Source: an uncultured Steroidobacteraceae bacterium (GTDB lineage: Bacteria; Pseudomonadota; Gammaproteobacteria; Steroidobacterales; Steroidobacteraceae). From it: 26,956 nt of DNA. The number at the start of each line of letters is the position of its first letter. The stretch's first letter is position 1. The stretch lies in NCBI GenBank assembly GCA_964459405.1, contig CAYWMY010000003.1:1-26956 (forward strand), in the 5' to 3' direction. Shown here piece by piece: positions 1 through 9,648 of the stretch. Position numbers and translations under genes: made by a program. The notes beneath the pieces are model-generated. The model had not been told where the DNA came from. It did no database searches and was given only the letters and a program-made list of their open reading frames with translations.

Positions 1-543
1 GCCGGTGACGCCACCGTCGGCGCACAGAAGGCGACGATCTGTGGAGCCTGCCATGGCGCAAACGGCAACAGCCCCAACCCCGAGTGGCCGAACCTCGCCG
101 GCCAGCATGCGGAATACATCGCGGCACAGCTGAAGGCCTTCCAGCAGGGCGTGCGGAACAATCCCATCATGATGGCGAATGCCGCGGGGCTCTCCGCACA
201 GGACATGGCCGACCTGGGCGCGTATTACGCACGTCAGACACCCGGTGGACTCGAAGCCGATGCGGCCCTCTACAAGGCCGGGCAGAAACTGTACCGGGCC
301 GGGGACGCTGCCCGCGGCATCCCGGCCTGCATGGCCTGCCATGGCCCTGAGGGCAAAGGCAACGCACCCGCGCGTTATCCGGCGGTGCGTTCCCAGCATG
401 CGACGTACGCCTACAACCAGCTCAAGGCGTATGCCGACGGAACCCGCACGACGCCTGGCAACAGCATCATGCCCGAGATCAGCCGCAAGCTGACCGACGA
501 CGACATGAAATCGCTCGCTGCCTACATGCAGGGCCTCCGCTAG
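1..543 (+). CDS. Diheme cytochrome c4 (c553 family), 5'-truncated at window edge
   Basis: Frame 1 is open from base 1 (AGDATVGAQKATICGACHGANGNS...). Two CxxCH motifs: CGACH at 40-54 and CMACH at 328-342, with PNLAGQH, PAVRSQHATY and distal Met-containing segments typical of c4. Stop TAG at 541-543. The ORF-track start at 151 is internal. Confidence 0.93.
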   Translation, partial: AGDATVGAQKATICGACHGANGNSPNPEWPNLAGQHAEYIAAQLKAFQQGVRNNPIMMANAAGLSAQDMADLGAYYARQTPGGLEADAALYKAGQKLYRAGDAARGIPACMACHGPEGKGNAPARYPAVRSQHATYAYNQLKAYADGTRTTPGNSIMPEISRKLTDDDMKSLAAYMQGLR

Positions 544-620
544 GAGGTGGTACCGGGGGCGCCTGAACTCCCGGCGATACTCGAGATCGAATCCGCGGTA
601 ACGCCGGAGGATCGGGATCC

Positions 621-1484
621 ATGAGAGCTTTGTTCATCGTTGCCGTGGCCTGCGGGGTGCTGCTCGCGGCCTGTGGCCGGACACCGCAGGAAGCCGCGCC
701 GCCGGCGCCGCCCACCACACCGGCCGCCGCCGCCCCGTCGACCGATGCACGCGCGGCGACCCAGGAGCCCGCGCAGAGTCGGCAGGCCGACGATGGCGAG
801 ACCGTCGAGGACACCGCCATCCAGGTGAGCCCCGTCGCGTCGGCCGTCGCGGCCAACACCCCGGCGCCAGAGGCGCCGATGGCGCCCGGCTGGATCGAGG
901 GCAAGCACTACCGGCCGCTGGCCTCGCCGCAACCGACCTCCGTACCCGCCGGAACCATCGAGGTCACGGAGATCTTCTGGTACGGCTGCGGGCACTGCTA
1001 CCAACTGCAACCGGCCGTCGAGGCCTGGAATACGAAAGGTCGCCCCGACTACGTCAAGCTGACCTACCTGCCGGTCGTCTGGAATGCCGTCACGCGCGAG
1101 GACGCGCGTCTGTTCTACACGCTCGAGGCACTGGGCAGGATTCCTGCGTTGCAGAATGCCGTGTTCCGGGAAATGCACGTCAACGGCAACCCGCTGACGG
1201 TCGTCAGCGGCAATCAGGTCGATACGGCCGCGACCGAGAAGAAAGTGCGCGAGTTCCTGACCCGGAACGGCGTTTCCGCCGAGGACTTCAACCGCACGTA
1301 CCGCTCGTTCGCGGTCGAGAACCGGCTGCGCTCCGCCGAGATCATGCTGCGCCGTTACATGGCCGACCACACGCCGATGATCATCGTCAACGGCAAGTGG
1401 TCGACCGACGTCAGCATGGCGGGGGGACCCGAGGCCCTGTTCCGGCTCATCAACGCGCTCGCCGCGCACGAACGCGGACGCTGA
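621..1484 (+). CDS. dsbA: DsbA-family thiol:disulfide oxidoreductase, predicted lipoprotein with a long Pro/Ala-rich linker
   Basis: EVTEIFWYGCGHCY active site, thioredoxin-fold cis-Pro segment (DHTPMIIVNGK), lipobox LAAC at Cys18, GGAGG at 606-610. The c4-dsbA order matches other gammaproteobacteria. Confidence 0.88.
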   Translation: MRALFIVAVACGVLLAACGRTPQEAAPPAPPTTPAAAAPSTDARAATQEPAQSRQADDGETVEDTAIQVSPVASAVAANTPAPEAPMAPGWIEGKHYRPLASPQPTSVPAGTIEVTEIFWYGCGHCYQLQPAVEAWNTKGRPDYVKLTYLPVVWNAVTREDARLFYTLEALGRIPALQNAVFREMHVNGNPLTVVSGNQVDTAATEKKVREFLTRNGVSAEDFNRTYRSFAVENRLRSAEIMLRRYMADHTPMIIVNGKWSTDVSMAGGPEALFRLINALAAHERGR

Positions 1485-1497
1485 GGCCGCCGTTCGG

Positions 1498-1525
1498 CGT
1501 TGCCGGCGCGCGGCCGTCGGCAACG
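1498..1525 (+). terminator. GC-rich hairpin after dsbA, possible weak terminator or mRNA-stabilising stem
   Basis: CGTTGCCG(G) at 1498-1506 pairs with (T)CGGCAACG at 1517-1525. No U-tract follows. Confidence 0.3.
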
Positions 1526-1613
1526 GGTGCGGATCGCCCGCGCGGGTTCACCCCGCACGAGACCCGGAATCGGATCGGCCGGGAGTGACGGACAGGACCT
1601 GGAAAGGGCCGCC

Positions 1614-2582
1614 ATGCTCAACTGCTTCGTCCCGGAGCCGCGCGGACTGACCCGGCTCGACCCGCCCCCTGAAATCGTCCCGGAGCACTGCGTCTGGGTC
1701 GACCTGCTCGAACCGACGCTGAGTGAGGAACGTGCCGTTGAGCAGTTCCTCGCCATCGAGGTCCCCACGCGCGAAGAAATGAAGGAGATCGAAACCTCCA
1801 ACCGGCTCTACGAGGAAGACGGTGCGCTGTACATGACGAGTACCGTGGTCACGAAGATCGACACGGATCGTCCCGAGACCTCGGCGATCACCTTCATCCT
1901 CGTACGCAACAAGCTCATTACGATCCGGTACACCGATTCGCTGTCGTTCCGCCGCTATATCACCCACGCGGAGCGCCACCCGTCCATCTCCGGTTCCTCC
2001 GCCACGATCCTGGGCGGACTGCTGGAATCCATCGTCGAGCGCACGGCCGACGTGCTCGAGCGCGTCGGCGCCGATCTCGACGACCTGTCGGCCAGCGTGT
2101 TCGCGTCGCAGCGCCGCCGCACGGTCAGCCGCGACCTGCGCGCGGTCATGGAACGCATCGGGCGCAACGGCGACCTGACGTCAAAAGCCCGCGAGAGCCT
2201 CGTGAGCCTCGGTCGCCTGCTGACTTTCGTGCAGCAGGCCGCCAGCGTCGCGCTGCCGAACGATCAGCGGGCGCGGTTCCGCACGCTGTCACGCGACATC
2301 CTGTCACTGTCGGACCATGCCTCGTTCATCGCCAACAAGCTGACGTTCATGCTCGAGGCGACGCTGGGCCTCATCAACATCGAGCAGAACAACATCATCA
2401 AGATCTTTTCGGTGGCCGCGGTCGTGTTCCTGCCACCGACGCTGATCGCGAGCATCTACGGCATGAACTTCAATCACATGCCGGAACTGCACTGGATGCT
2501 CGGTTATCCCTTCGCGCTGCTCGTCATGATTGTCTCCGCGATCCTGCCCTACCTGTACTTCAAGCGTCGCGGCTGGCTCTGA
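1614..2582 (+). CDS. corA: CorA-family Mg2+/Co2+ transporter (322 aa)
   Basis: C-terminal KIFSVAAVVFLPPTLIASIYGMNF with the GMN signature, MPEL loop and two TM helices. ATG at 1614 (MLNCF...) preferred over the track start at 1500. Confidence 0.93.
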   Translation: MLNCFVPEPRGLTRLDPPPEIVPEHCVWVDLLEPTLSEERAVEQFLAIEVPTREEMKEIETSNRLYEEDGALYMTSTVVTKIDTDRPETSAITFILVRNKLITIRYTDSLSFRRYITHAERHPSISGSSATILGGLLESIVERTADVLERVGADLDDLSASVFASQRRRTVSRDLRAVMERIGRNGDLTSKARESLVSLGRLLTFVQQAASVALPNDQRARFRTLSRDILSLSDHASFIANKLTFMLEATLGLINIEQNNIIKIFSVAAVVFLPPTLIASIYGMNFNHMPELHWMLGYPFALLVMIVSAILPYLYFKRRGWL

Positions 2583-2672
2583 ACCTCCCAGCCCCCGTAC
2601 GCCGCGGCACTTGCCCGCAGAGAAAACAATGCCTTACGGAACGCTTGCTTGAGGAGAGGCGTGCCGCATCGC

Positions 2673-3995
2673 TCAGCCGGACTGGCGATGCCGGCGGGCA
2701 CCTCCGTGCCGGGCCGGACCCGACCCGCGGTGCAGCGCCCGCCCATGGGCTGAGGTCGGCCGCTGGCCGGGCCGCTTCGTCGCGTGGGCCTGCCGCGATG
2801 GTTCGGCCGCGGCGAGCGGCGCGAACTGGCGCGGTGCGTTCGGGGCGGCCGCCACGCCGGCCGGCACATCCGGAGTGGCCAGCACCGGGATCGGCCGGCG
2901 CAGCATCTTTTCGATCGCCCGCAGCCGGTCCTGTTCGTCGCGGCTCACGAGCGACACGGCCACGCCGGTGCGGCCCGCGCGGCCCGTACGGCCGATGCGA
3001 TGCACGTAGTCCTCGGGCACGTTCGGCAGCTCGTAGTTGACGACCTGCGGCAGTTCGGCGATGTCGAGGCCGCGCGCCGCGATGTCGGTGGCCACCAGGA
3101 CAGCGACGCGTCCGGCCTTGAAGTCGGCCAGCGCACGCGTGCGCGCACCCTGGGACTTGTTGCCGTGGATCGCAGCGCTGCTGATGCCCGCACGGACGAG
3201 CTGTTCGGCGAGACGGTTGGCGCCGTGCTTGGTGCGCGTGAACACGAGCGTCTGGAGTTCCTCGGCGGGGCTCTGCAGCAGGTGGGTCAGCAGCGCCTGT
3301 TTGCCGGCGGCCTCCACGCGATACACGCTGTGCTCAACCAGTTCGACGGGCGTGTTGCGCGGCGCGATATCGATGCTGACCGGCTCATGCAGCAGACCGT
3401 TCGCGAGCGCACGGATCTCGTCGGAAAAGGTGGCGGAGAACAGCAGGTTCTGGCGCCGTGCCGGCAGCAGCGCCAGCACGCGACGGATGTCGCGGATGAA
3501 GCCCATGTCCAGCATCCGGTCCGCCTCGTCCAGCACCAGGATCTCGATGCGTGAGAGGTCCACATGGCGCTCCGCGGCGTGGTCGAGCAGCCGGCCCGGC
3601 GTCGCGACCACGACGTCCACGCCGCCGGCGAGCGCCTCGACCTGCGGGCGCGGGCTCACTCCACCCACGATCAGCGCCCCGCGCTGCTGCAGGTGACGAC
3701 CCAGAGCCACCAGCGACTCGCCAACCTGGGCTGCGAGTTCGCGTGTGGGTACGAGCACCAGCGCGCGCGGCGCGCGCCGGCCCCGCGGCGCCGGAGTCGT
3801 TGCGTGCAGGCGCTCGAGGAGCGGCAGTGCGAATGCGGCGGTCTTGCCGGTGCCGGTCTGCGCCGCGGCCAGCAGGTCGCGGCCCTCGAGCACGGCGGGA
3901 ATGGCCCGCGCCTGGATGGGCGTGGGTGCGGCAAATCCGAGTTCGTGCACGGCGCGGGAAAGCGCCGGCGTCAGGCAGAAATCATCGAAGTTCAA
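2673..3995 (-). CDS. rhlE: DEAD-box ATP-dependent RNA helicase, RhlE-like
   Basis: Q motif (PTPIQ), [26 protein letters not shown] and [10 protein letters not shown] motifs, plus a basic C-terminal tail. TTG start at 3993-3995. Confidence 0.9.
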   Translation of the reverse strand: MNFDDFCLTPALSRAVHELGFAAPTPIQARAIPAVLEGRDLLAAAQTGTGKTAAFALPLLERLHATTPAPRGRRAPRALVLVPTRELAAQVGESLVALGRHLQQRGALIVGGVSPRPQVEALAGGVDVVVATPGRLLDHAAERHVDLSRIEILVLDEADRMLDMGFIRDIRRVLALLPARRQNLLFSATFSDEIRALANGLLHEPVSIDIAPRNTPVELVEHSVYRVEAAGKQALLTHLLQSPAEELQTLVFTRTKHGANRLAEQLVRAGISSAAIHGNKSQGARTRALADFKAGRVAVLVATDIAARGLDIAELPQVVNYELPNVPEDYVHRIGRTGRAGRTGVAVSLVSRDEQDRLRAIEKMLRRPIPVLATPDVPAGVAAAPNAPRQFAPLAAAEPSRQAHATKRPGQRPTSAHGRALHRGSGPARHGGARRHRQSG

Positions 3996-4119
3996 AGTGG
4001 TATCCAGTGATCAGGAAGGCCCACGAAGACACGGTCGTGGGACAGGGAAAACTCCAGCGGAAACGGATCGACCGGCCTCCCCTCACCGGGGGAGCGCGAT
4101 GTTCGCGCGTGTCTGGAGA

Positions 4120-4196
<77 letters not shown>

Positions 4197-4260
4197 ATGG
4201 CCTCGATCAGAGACGGCACCGCCGCTGTGGCGGCGCCCTGTCGCATCTGGCGGGGCCCGC

Positions 4261-4290
4261 ATCATACCGGGCGGCAGCCCCGGCGTCCAA
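4261..4290 (-). promoter_or_regulatory. Candidate sigma70 promoter for tRNA-Arg (and possibly rhlE)
   Basis: Minus strand TTGGAC (4285-4290), 18-nt spacer, TATGAT (4261-4266), then a GC-rich discriminator-like GCGGGCC as seen in stable-RNA promoters. Confidence 0.5.
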
Positions 4291-4296
4291 ATCGCC

Positions 4297-4325
4297 TTTT
4301 GACTCGGTCCACGAGCCGCTATACT
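4297..4325 (+). promoter_or_regulatory. Candidate sigma70 promoter for cytochrome c5
   Basis: TTGACT at 4299-4304 and TATACT at 4320-4325. The 15-nt spacer is short; the alternative -35 TTTTGA at 4297 gives 17 nt. Lies 34 nt upstream of the GTG start. Confidence 0.45.
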
Positions 4326-4358
4326 CCCGCGCCAGTCTTCTTCGGCCGCGGGGGCGCC

Positions 4359-4868
4359 GTGAGCAAGCACGACGATCACTTCTTCAATGTCTTCAGCGCG
4401 GTAATTGGCCTGTTGATCGTCGTGACGATCGGCATTTTCGTGCTCGCGCGCAACATGGGCGGTGTGCAGCTGGACCAGGTTGCCGCAGACCCGCTGCGCA
4501 GCCAGGAAGTCTCGCAGCGCATTGCCTCGCCGGCTCGTGTCGCCATCGCGGGAACCGACAACTCGGCACTGGCGATCGCACCGCCCCCGGGCGCCGAGAC
4601 CACGGTCGCGAGCACCCTGCCCGCGGACGGCGCAGCCACCTATCAGCAGGTCTGTGCGGCCTGCCACGACAGCGGCATCGCCGGCGCGCCGAAGACAGGC
4701 GATGGGGGCGCGTGGGGTCCACGCATCGCGCAGGGCAAGGACACGCTGTACAAGCACGCCATCGAGGGCTTCACGGGCAGCGCCGGCCTGATGCCGGCCA
4801 AGGGAGGTCGCCTCGACCTGCCCGACGACCTGGTCCGACAGGCCGTCGACCACATACTCGCGAAGTAG
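4359..4868 (+). CDS. Membrane-anchored cytochrome c5 (169 aa)
   Basis: GTG start at 4359 (MSKHDDHFFNVFS...), N-terminal TM helix, single CAACH at 4653-4667, GAPKTGD..W..RI and MPAKGG motifs typical of c5. Confidence 0.9.
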   Translation: MSKHDDHFFNVFSAVIGLLIVVTIGIFVLARNMGGVQLDQVAADPLRSQEVSQRIASPARVAIAGTDNSALAIAPPPGAETTVASTLPADGAATYQQVCAACHDSGIAGAPKTGDGGAWGPRIAQGKDTLYKHAIEGFTGSAGLMPAKGGRLDLPDDLVRQAVDHILAK

Positions 4869-4911
4869 GAACCCTCGCCGGGGGCATTCCCGGTATCCCG
4901 GATCGCGCCGC

Positions 4912-6429
4912 TCAGCGCGCAGGCTCCGGCCGCCGGTCGAGCCGGCGGTAGGTGATCGCCTCGGCCACATGCTCCGCTGCAATGCACGCGGCACCATCGA
5001 GATCCGCGATCGTGCGCGCCACGCGCAGCACTCGATGACACGCGCGCGCCGACAGGCCGAGCGTCGCCGCAGCGCGGGCGAGCAGCGCGCGGCCCGCATC
5101 GTCGGGTCGCGCATGTGCGTCCATCTGCGACGCGGGCAGTCGCGCGTTCAGGGCCTGCTGCCGCTCCAGCTGCCGTGTGCGCGCGGTACGCACCGCTTCC
5201 ACCAGGCCGTGTGATCCGCCGGCATCGCGCGCCATCGTCAGCGTCGTGAAGTCCACGCGCGGCACCTCGATGTGCAGATCCAGCCGGTCGACGAGCGGCC
5301 CGGACAGCCTCCCCACATAGCGCGTGATCTGCGCCGGCGTGCAGCGGCAACGTCCGCCCGGATCGCCCGCGTAGCCGCAGGGGCAGGGATTCATGGCCGC
5401 GACCAGCTGGAACGAAGCCGGGAACGTGGCGCTGCGTGCGGCGCGCGACAGCGAGATGACCCCGGTCTCGAGCGGCTCGCGCAGCGCTTCGAGCGCTTCG
5501 CGGCCGAACTCGGGCAGCTCATCGAGAAACAGCACCCCGTGATGCGCGAGCGAGGCCTCGCCGGGGCGCAGCGCGGCACCGCCACCGATCAGCGCCGCGC
5601 AGGTCGCGGTGTGATGCGGCGCGCGGAACACACGCCTTCGCGACAGCATGGGCCGGCCGCGCTGCTGCGCGAGCGAGGCCAGCATCGCGGACTCGAGCGC
5701 TTCCTGCCGCTCGAGTGGCGGCAGCAGCGCGGGCAGGCGTGAGGCCAGCATGCTCTTGCCCGCCCCCGGGGGACCGATCATCAGCAGGCTGTGGCCGCCG
5801 GCCGCGGCCAGCGCCAATGCGCGCTTCGCGGCCTGCTGGCCACGAATCGCATCGAGATCCGGCGCGGGTTCCACAGGCACCGGCAGCTCGATCTCCGGGT
5901 CCGCGAACGGCAGGGCCTCCCGGCCCCTGAGATGATCGACGACCTGCATGAAATTGCGCGCCGCGACGAGGCGCGCGTCGGGCACGATGCGTGCTTCGGG
6001 CAGTGCCGGCTCGGGCAACACGATTGCGCGCCGGGCCTGCGTGGCATGAACGATGGCCGGCACCAGGCCGCGTGAACCGCGCAGCTCGCCCGACAGTGAC
6101 AGTTCGCCAAGGAATTCCCACGCGTCGAGCCCCTCGACCGCGAGCTGCTCCGATGCGATCAGCACACCGAGTGCGACCGCCAGATCGTAGCGTCCACCCT
6201 CTTTCGGCAGATCGGCGGGCGCGAGATTGACTGTAATGCGGCCGGCGGGCCATTCGAACCCGGCGCTCACGAGTGCCGCACGCACGCGCTCGCGGCTGTC
6301 ACGCACGGAACCGCTGGCGAGGCCGACCAGCGAGATCTGCGGCAGTCCGGGGCCGATGTGGACCTCGACCGAGACGAGCGGTGCCTGAAAACCGAACTGG
6401 CCACGCGACAGGACCGTCGCGAGTGTCAT
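4912..6429 (-). CDS. comM: YifB/ComM Mg-chelatase-like AAA+ ATPase (505 aa)
   Basis: Lon-like N-terminal RITVNLAPADLPKEG, Walker A GPPGAGKS, FLDELPEF, CPCG..C.C cluster, SGPLVDRLD. ATG at 6427-6429. Confidence 0.93.
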   Translation of the reverse strand: MTLATVLSRGQFGFQAPLVSVEVHIGPGLPQISLVGLASGSVRDSRERVRAALVSAGFEWPAGRITVNLAPADLPKEGGRYDLAVALGVLIASEQLAVEGLDAWEFLGELSLSGELRGSRGLVPAIVHATQARRAIVLPEPALPEARIVPDARLVAARNFMQVVDHLRGREALPFADPEIELPVPVEPAPDLDAIRGQQAAKRALALAAAGGHSLLMIGPPGAGKSMLASRLPALLPPLERQEALESAMLASLAQQRGRPMLSRRRVFRAPHHTATCAALIGGGAALRPGEASLAHHGVLFLDELPEFGREALEALREPLETGVISLSRAARSATFPASFQLVAAMNPCPCGYAGDPGGRCRCTPAQITRYVGRLSGPLVDRLDLHIEVPRVDFTTLTMARDAGGSHGLVEAVRTARTRQLERQQALNARLPASQMDAHARPDDAGRALLARAAATLGLSARACHRVLRVARTIADLDGAACIAAEHVAEAITYRRLDRRPEPAR

Positions 6430-6592
6430 GGGCGGGGCCGAGCCGGGAAGCCTGGAACCACCCTGCGCGCACAACAATGCCGGGCGCTCCCGGCGGCGCC
6501 CCGCAGTCCCGGTGCCATTGAGCGGCCGCTGCGGCTCACACGCGGCGCCATGCGGCGCGGCCCCCGGTAGTACGCCGCCGGATGAGCCGCCT

Positions 6593-6841
6593 TCAGCGCT
6601 GGTCGGCTTCCAGCGCGCGCAGCCGCGCCTCCAGCGACTCGAGCTGCTCGCGGGTCCGGCGCAGCACTCCGGCCTGGACGTCGAACTCCTGCCGGGTCAC
6701 GAGATCGAGGCGCGACAACGCCGACTGCAGCACCGCGCGGAAGTTGTCCTCCACGTCGCGGCGCATCGCCGCGAGGCCGGGCGGCACCGCATCCATGAGT
6801 CGTCGGGCCAGGTCGTCGAGTGTCTTGGGATCGAAAGCCAT
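6593..6841 (-). CDS. ubiK: Ubiquinone biosynthesis accessory factor UbiK (YqiC family)
   Basis: 82 aa with LSRLDLVTRQEFDVQ and a C-terminal coiled coil. It sits between comM and the amtB/glnK locus as in Pseudomonas. Confidence 0.9.
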   Translation of the reverse strand: MAFDPKTLDDLARRLMDAVPPGLAAMRRDVEDNFRAVLQSALSRLDLVTRQEFDVQAGVLRRTREQLESLEARLRALEADQR

Positions 6842-6902
6842 GGGAGTCTCCGCACCGCGGTGGAGCGGGAGGATCGGTCCATCGCGCCACGCGGGTCAAG
6901 GA

Positions 6903-6949
6903 CTCGCCAAAATGGCGCAGGCGCGAGGCGTTCGCACCATTCCGGTGCG
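6903..6949. promoter_or_regulatory. Two tandem NtrC-like enhancer sites
   Basis: CGCACC-ATTCC-GGTGCG (6933-6949) is a perfect inverted repeat close to TGCACC-N5-GGTGCA. CTCGCC-AAAAT-GGCGCA (6903-6919) is weaker. The centres are 30 bp apart. Confidence 0.72.
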
Positions 6950-7012
6950 CCCGATCCTGCAGCCTGCCGAGCAGCGGCGCGCCAAGTTCCTGATTCATTG
7001 GGTCGCACTCCA

Positions 7013-7028
7013 TGGCACGGAAACTGCA
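7013..7028 (+). promoter_or_regulatory. Sigma54 (-24/-12) promoter for amtB-glnK
   Basis: TGGCACG-GAAA-CTGCA, with GG at 7014-7015 and GC at 7026-7027 giving exact GG-N10-GC spacing. Confidence 0.8.
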
Positions 7029-7178
7029 CCGGGGAGGCACAGGCTATACCGGCGCTGGCCGGCGGTCGTGACCGATTTCTGCTGTGAGCCGCGCAATTGG
7101 CGCAGCAGTCCCCGGGACCCGCACGACCGCGAACGGCGCAAGAGCCTGCCGACCCAACCCGAACTGGAGGATCCTTCC

Positions 7179-8585
7179 GTGACATGCCTGAGGCCACCTT
7201 CTCTGCGAACCGCCGCGCGGTTCGCCACCACGGCGGGACTGGGGCTTCTGCCCTGGCTCGCTTTCGCCGGCGACGCCCCGGTTCCCGACAAGGGCGATAC
7301 CGCGTGGATGCTGACATCCACGATGCTGGTCATCCTGATGACGATCCCCGGCCTCGCGCTCTTCTACGGCGGCATGGTCCGCTCGAAGAACGTGCTGTCC
7401 ATCCTGATGCAGGTGTTCATCGCGTTCTGCCTGTTCTCCGTGCTGTGGGTGATCTACGGCTACAGCCTCGCGTTCTCGGAGGGCGGAACCTTCTTCGCGG
7501 GGCTCAGCAAGGCCTTCCTGAACGGTGTCGACAGCAGCACGCTGGCGGCGACGTTCTCGAAGGGGATTTACCTGCCCGAGTACGTCTACATCGCCTTCCA
7601 GGGCACGTTCGCGGCGATCACGCCAGCGCTGATCGTCGGCGCCTTCGCCGAGCGCATCAAATTCTCGGCGGTGCTGCTGTTCCTGGTGCTGTGGTTCACT
7701 TTGTCCTATCTGCCCATCGCGCACATGGTGTGGTACTGGGACGGTCCGGATGCCTACACCAGCGCCGAGGCGGCTGCAGCCGCCGGTGCGAACGCCGGTC
7801 TGCTGTTCCAGTGGGGCGCGCTGGACTTCGCGGGTGGCACCGTGGTGCACATCAACGCCGGTATCGCCGGCCTGGTCGGCGCACTGCTGGCTGGCAAGCG
7901 GGTCGGCTACGGACAGACCGCAATGCAGCCGCACAACCTGCCGCTCGTCATGATCGGCGCGTCGCTGCTGTGGGTGGGCTGGTTCGGCTTCAACGTCGGC
8001 TCCAACCTGGAGAGCAACGCCTTCGCCGGGCAGGTGTTCGTGAACACCGTAGTGGCGACGGCGGTCGCGACCTTGGTGTGGACCTTCCTGGAGTGGATCG
8101 TGCGCGGATCGCCCACCATGCTGGGTGCGGCCTCGGGCGCAATCGCCGGCTTGGTCGCGATCACTCCGGCCTGCGGCTGGGTGGGTCCGATGGGAGCGAT
8201 CGTGATCGGCGCCGCCGGCGGCCTCGTGTGCCTGCTCGCGGTGACCTGGCTCAAGCCGAAGCTGGGCTATGACGATTCGCTGGACGTGTTCGGCGTGCAC
8301 TGCGTCGGCGGCATCGTCGGCGCAATCCTGACCGGCGTGTTTGCCGATCCGGCGCTGGGCGGTGCGGGCGTCTTCGACTACGTCGCGATGGAAACCGCGC
8401 CGTACGACATGGCCGCGCAGGTGTGGATCCAGACCAAGAGCGTGCTGCTGACGCTGCTGTGGTCCGGCACGGTCGCGGCCATCGCCTTCACGGCCGTCAA
8501 GTACACGATCGGCCTCAGGATCACCGAGGAACAGGAACGCGAGGGCCTGGACACGGTGGAGCATGGCGAGCGCGCCTACAGCTGA
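7179..8585 (+). CDS. amtB: Ammonium transporter AmtB (468 aa)
   Basis: GDTAWMLTSTMLV, FQGTFAAIT, HMVW, DFAGGTVVH, GWFGFN, DDSLDVFGVH and EQEREGLD..HGE motifs. GTG at 7179 lies 8 nt after GGAGG (7166-7170); the track start at 6582 is an upstream extension. Confidence 0.96.
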   Translation: MTCLRPPSLRTAARFATTAGLGLLPWLAFAGDAPVPDKGDTAWMLTSTMLVILMTIPGLALFYGGMVRSKNVLSILMQVFIAFCLFSVLWVIYGYSLAFSEGGTFFAGLSKAFLNGVDSSTLAATFSKGIYLPEYVYIAFQGTFAAITPALIVGAFAERIKFSAVLLFLVLWFTLSYLPIAHMVWYWDGPDAYTSAEAAAAAGANAGLLFQWGALDFAGGTVVHINAGIAGLVGALLAGKRVGYGQTAMQPHNLPLVMIGASLLWVGWFGFNVGSNLESNAFAGQVFVNTVVATAVATLVWTFLEWIVRGSPTMLGAASGAIAGLVAITPACGWVGPMGAIVIGAAGGLVCLLAVTWLKPKLGYDDSLDVFGVHCVGGIVGAILTGVFADPALGGAGVFDYVAMETAPYDMAAQVWIQTKSVLLTLLWSGTVAAIAFTAVKYTIGLRITEEQEREGLDTVEHGERAYS

Positions 8586-8606
8586 TCTCACAGGGATCAG
8601 CCCGTC

Positions 8607-8650
8607 GCCGGGCGGGGGGTGGGCACTTCGGTGCCTCCCCCCCACCGGGC
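8607..8650 (+). other. Long GC hairpin with a cUUCGg tetraloop between amtB and glnK
   Basis: GGCAC-TTCG-GTGCC core (8622-8635) extended by G6/C6 (8614-8619 with 8638-8643). A second hairpin GCTGATC/GATCAGC (8581-8601) covers the amtB stop. Confidence 0.6.
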
Positions 8651-8664
8651 CAGGGACCGCATAA

Positions 8665-9084
<420 letters not shown>

Positions 9085-9114
9085 CGGCGGAGCGCGGGCG
9101 CCCGGAGAGTCCAG

Positions 9115-9576
9115 ATGCTGCGAAGACTGGGTTTGGTGCTCGCGCTTTGTTCCCTGACCACGGTCGCCGTGGCCGGAAGCGTGTACAAGTGGATGGACCG
9201 TGACGGCCAGGTGCATTACACGGACCGTCCGCCACGATCGGCCGACGCGAAGATCATCGCGGTGATCCAACAGTCGACCGGCGTGGCCGAATCCGAGGCT
9301 GCGGGCACCGGTGCGGGAGAACCGGACGGTGCGGCCGATGCGCCCGCCGAACCGACGCCTGAAGCCACGTCTGCCGCGATGCGGAAGGCCGTGGAAGCCG
9401 ACGTCGCCAGGACCCGTGCCGAACAGTGCAAGAAAGCGCAGGAGACCTACCGGAACTACGTCGAGTCCTACCGTGTGTATCGCGAGAAGGACGGCAAGCG
9501 CGAATATCTGAACGCCAAGGAACTCGACGAGGCACGCCTGCGCGCGCGTCAGGATGTCGATACCTACTGCAAGTAG
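9115..9576 (+). CDS. DUF4124-like exported protein
   Basis: Signal peptide, then VYKWMDRDGQVHYTDRPP (the family hallmark), a low-complexity linker and a C-terminal helical domain with two Cys. Confidence 0.8.
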   Translation: MLRRLGLVLALCSLTTVAVAGSVYKWMDRDGQVHYTDRPPRSADAKIIAVIQQSTGVAESEAAGTGAGEPDGAADAPAEPTPEATSAAMRKAVEADVARTRAEQCKKAQETYRNYVESYRVYREKDGKREYLNAKELDEARLRARQDVDTYCK

Positions 9577-9648
9577 CGGCCGGTCGACGCGGGCCAGGCT
9601 GGCCCGCCGGTGACGCCGACGCCGGCACGCTGAAGGAGATCTGCCCGC

